In this document: positions 4,887 to 6,799 of the stretch, one piece after another
How positions within the stretch are numbered: the stretch's first letter is position 1
How the letters are laid out: each line of letters opens with the position of its first letter
The notes under the pieces: model-generated
Told to the model about the DNA's origin: nothing
Databases searched by the model: none
Seen by the model: only the letters and a program-made list of their open reading frames with translations
Virus record (IMG/VR): IMGVR_UViG_3300045988_002337
Span: 1-6,799 of that record
Reading direction: 5' to 3' (one strand)
Source of the DNA: a virus
DNA length: 6,799 bases
Position numbers and translations under genes: made by a program

Positions 4887-6440
4887 ATGGCTCTTTTTCC
4901 TCGATGCAATAATCCTGTTCCTGTTGCTGGTCGACATGGTGTTACTCTTGTTGGTTGCCACTCGTGCATTCAATGCCGTGTTGCTGCACAGGAACATCTT
5001 TGCAAATTGCTCGAAGTAGAAGCTTCTAAACATAAATACATTGAATTTATTACCAATACGTACGATGATAAACATCTTCCGTATATAGATACTTCTTATA
5101 TGTATCCGTTTGGCTATGCTCTCCGTGTTCCTAATCGGGTTATTAAGAAATATAATCGTAGAACTAAAAGTTTTTATTTTGTTGAGGATAAAATTTCTAA
5201 GTCTTTTCAACTTATAGACTTTGGTACTATAGATACTGCTGTTATGCTTCGTGATTACTATACACGTATTGACAAGTATTATAACAGATTTCCTACTCGT
5301 TCACGTGGTATACGTAATAATTCTGTTATTCCTATACTATGGTATGATGATATTAGAAAATATATAGGTCGTTTAAGAAAATGGTTTTTAAAAGAATATG
5401 GTGAAACAATACGCTACTACATTATTTGTGAGTACGGTACACAATCATTCCGTCCGCATTATCATATCCTATTATTCCACGATTCGTCTAGAGCGAGAGA
5501 GGATTTTAGGAATGTTCGGTCTTTGCCAATGTCCACAAAAGCAAACCCCAGAGAAGTTTGTACTAAACTCGATCTGGCTCAATTATGGATCTATGGTGAT
5601 ACGACTACAAAGGTTACCGATGGTAATATGCAAGAATACGTTTCTAAGTATCTTACACAACATTCTGACTTCCCTAGAGTGCTTGATAAGTTTCCACAAA
5701 GGAGCTTTCACTCAATCCTATTGGGCTCAAAGAACCGAGATGAGGTTAGAGAATTACTCAAGGCTAGAGATTTCGAAACACTTACAACAGATTATGTTAT
5801 TAACAAAAAAGGTGTCCGACGCTCTATTCCCATGTCCGATGCGTATTACTCTCAATTTGCCGTTAAATTTACAGGTTCTTCCTTCTATAATGTTGACGCA
5901 ACTTGTTCCTTGTTTCGTTCGGTTTTATTCTGCGCCCGCCGATTCTTTGGCTCGCCAGGTGAAATCTATAATGACTCATTCGTGAGAGAGTTTATGCTTT
6001 GGATTCTTAATCCTGCTACTTCTTCTTTATATAAAAATATATATCAGTTCCGTTCTGTTCGTAGGTATGTTGAGGTATTCGCTAAACCTATTTATAATAG
6101 TTCAGGTTCTATAAATCCTTTAAAATCATTGCTTTATGCTTCACATCATCACAATTCGCTATCATCCTATTTAGGGTTGGATTTCTATACTTGTCTCAAA
6201 TTGCGTTTTGATTTTGTTTCTTGGAAAGATTATCAAAATTTGATTCAGTATTTCCAAAACCTCGAAGATGATAAACTTTTTTCATATGAAAATTATTCGA
6301 GTATGTCTTCTTTTACAGGGACTTATGATTTTAACGTTTTAAAAACACGCTCTATATTTCAATTTCAAGTTCAGAAAGCTAATATGGCTTATACTGAGAA
6401 TATTAAACATAGGGCTGTTGTAGATTCTTATAAAAATTAA
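4887..6440 (+). CDS. VP4: Replication initiation protein VP4 (HUH rolling-circle endonuclease, phiX A-like), 517 aa.
   Basis: Motif 1 is FITNTYD (5046-5066). Motif 2 (HUH) is HYHILLF, with H-Y-H at 5457-5465. Motif 3 is YVSKY (5637-5651), with two Tyr three residues apart as in the phiX A protein. The N-terminal Cys cluster C7...C24-x2-C27-x2-C30 (GCHSCIQCR) is typical of gokusho/alpa-type VP4. Confidence 0.94.
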   Translation: MALFPRCNNPVPVAGRHGVTLVGCHSCIQCRVAAQEHLCKLLEVEASKHKYIEFITNTYDDKHLPYIDTSYMYPFGYALRVPNRVIKKYNRRTKSFYFVEDKISKSFQLIDFGTIDTAVMLRDYYTRIDKYYNRFPTRSRGIRNNSVIPILWYDDIRKYIGRLRKWFLKEYGETIRYYIICEYGTQSFRPHYHILLFHDSSRAREDFRNVRSLPMSTKANPREVCTKLDLAQLWIYGDTTTKVTDGNMQEYVSKYLTQHSDFPRVLDKFPQRSFHSILLGSKNRDEVRELLKARDFETLTTDYVINKKGVRRSIPMSDAYYSQFAVKFTGSSFYNVDATCSLFRSVLFCARRFFGSPGEIYNDSFVREFMLWILNPATSSLYKNIYQFRSVRRYVEVFAKPIYNSSGSINPLKSLLYASHHHNSLSSYLGLDFYTCLKLRFDFVSWKDYQNLIQYFQNLEDDKLFSYENYSSMSSFTGTYDFNVLKTRSIFQFQVQKANMAYTENIKHRAVVDSYKN

Positions 6441-6444
6441 TTAT

Positions 6445-6799
6445 ATGGCTAATAAAGTTTTAGGAATGCATCGCCTTAAGAATAAGGTGAATAGAAATGC
6501 TTTCGACCTTTCTCATCGTCACATGTTTACCGCTCAGGTTGGCGAGTTGTTACCAGTTTTTTCTCAGTGGGTAAATCCTAACGAGACTTTTAAGATTGGT
6601 TATAATGGTAAAACACGTACTGCTGCGCTTAATAGTGACGCTTTTACTCGTATTCGTGAGAACATTCAGTATTATTTTGTTCCATTTCAAAGTCTTTGGC
6701 GTTTTTTTGAACAACAGGTGAATAATATGACTGTTGGTGATGCCGGTCAGAATATTGCTAAGGTTGCCCTTAATTCTCATTCTTCTGCATCTTTGTCTA
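6445..6799 (+). CDS. VP1: Major capsid protein VP1, N-terminal 118 codons. It is 3'-partial in the window and continues at base 1 (=6701).
   Basis: ATG at 6445 lies 4 nt after the VP4 stop. My translation is MANKVLGMHRLKNKVNRNAFDLSHRHMFTAQVGELLPVFSQWVNPNETFKI...FTRIRENIQYYFVPFQSLWRFFEQQV. It carries the N-terminal microvirus capsid signature (N.FDLSH...T...GEL.P, then ..YFVP.) and has no stop before the window end. The ORF track omitted it only because it runs off the end. Confidence 0.93.
   Translation, partial: MANKVLGMHRLKNKVNRNAFDLSHRHMFTAQVGELLPVFSQWVNPNETFKIGYNGKTRTAALNSDAFTRIRENIQYYFVPFQSLWRFFEQQVNNMTVGDAGQNIAKVALNSHSSASLS
6701..6799. repeat. Terminal direct repeat, copy 2 (identical to 1-99).
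   Basis: Same as copy 1: 99/99 identity by eye. Confidence 0.97.

Larger units (their letters stand above)
1..6700 (+). mobile_element. One complete unit of a circular ssDNA phage genome, family Microviridae (non-phiX, Alpavirinae/Gokushovirinae-like). The window is permuted so that it opens inside the capsid gene.
   Basis: The 99-nt exact terminal overlap gives a 6,700-nt circle. VP1, VP2 and VP4 hallmark genes are all present and all on one strand. The coding strand is T-rich with strong third-position T. Genes are tightly packed, with 4-17 nt spacers or overlaps. The subfamily call is an inference from genome size, VP1 length (684 aa) and host-type signals. Confidence 0.9.

Noticed and set aside
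5682-5688. CTTGATA inside VP4, matching the nick-site core of the phiX174 origin (CAACTTGATATTAATAAC).
   Set aside because: Only 7 nt match and the flanks do not. A 7-mer is expected by chance about 0.4 times in 6.7 kb. This Rep is distant from phiX A, so its nick site need not be the same.
5398-5985. 195-aa + strand ORF inside VP4, and similarly 3513-3791 (92 aa) inside the end of VP2 and 4398-4484 upstream of the 59-aa ORF.
   Set aside because: All are in the same +1 (N-T-N) frame relative to the real gene, so they have the same compositional explanation as 685-1254.
3488-6780. Minus-strand ORFs 3488-3733, 4881-5210 and 6550-6780.
   Set aside because: The reasoning is the same: they are antisense to VP2, VP4 and VP1 respectively, with Ile/Asn/Arg-rich junk-like sequences.

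Overview
The window holds one complete, circularly permuted genome of an ssDNA phage of the family Microviridae. It belongs to the non-phiX lineage (Alpavirinae/Gokushovirinae-like), and the host is probably Bacteroidota. Bases 1-99 are identical to 6701-6799, so the unit genome is 6,700 nt and the duplicate is an assembly overlap.

All credible genes are on the + strand. Going round the circle they are:
- a Bacteroides-type promoter (4245-4277);
- three small overlapping ORFan genes (4283-4884), the first with a lipoprotein-like signal peptide;
- the replication initiator VP4 (4887-6440), with all three HUH rolling-circle motifs;
- the major capsid protein VP1, split by the window ends (6445-6700 joined to 1-1799, 684 aa);
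- a 149-aa acidic coiled-coil protein (1818-2267);
- the pilot/minor capsid protein VP2 (2276-3730);
- a GC-rich hairpin terminator (3737-3774);
- a 552-nt non-coding region (3731-4282), unusually long for this family.

The phage family is easy to recognise. The parts that look undescribed are the non-coding region, with two ssDNA-foldable hairpins that could be an origin or an attP site, and the small membrane/lipoprotein cassette, which could act in lysis or superinfection exclusion. No tRNA, rRNA, CRISPR array, integrase or transposase is visible. All homology statements come from motif recognition by eye, not from database searches.
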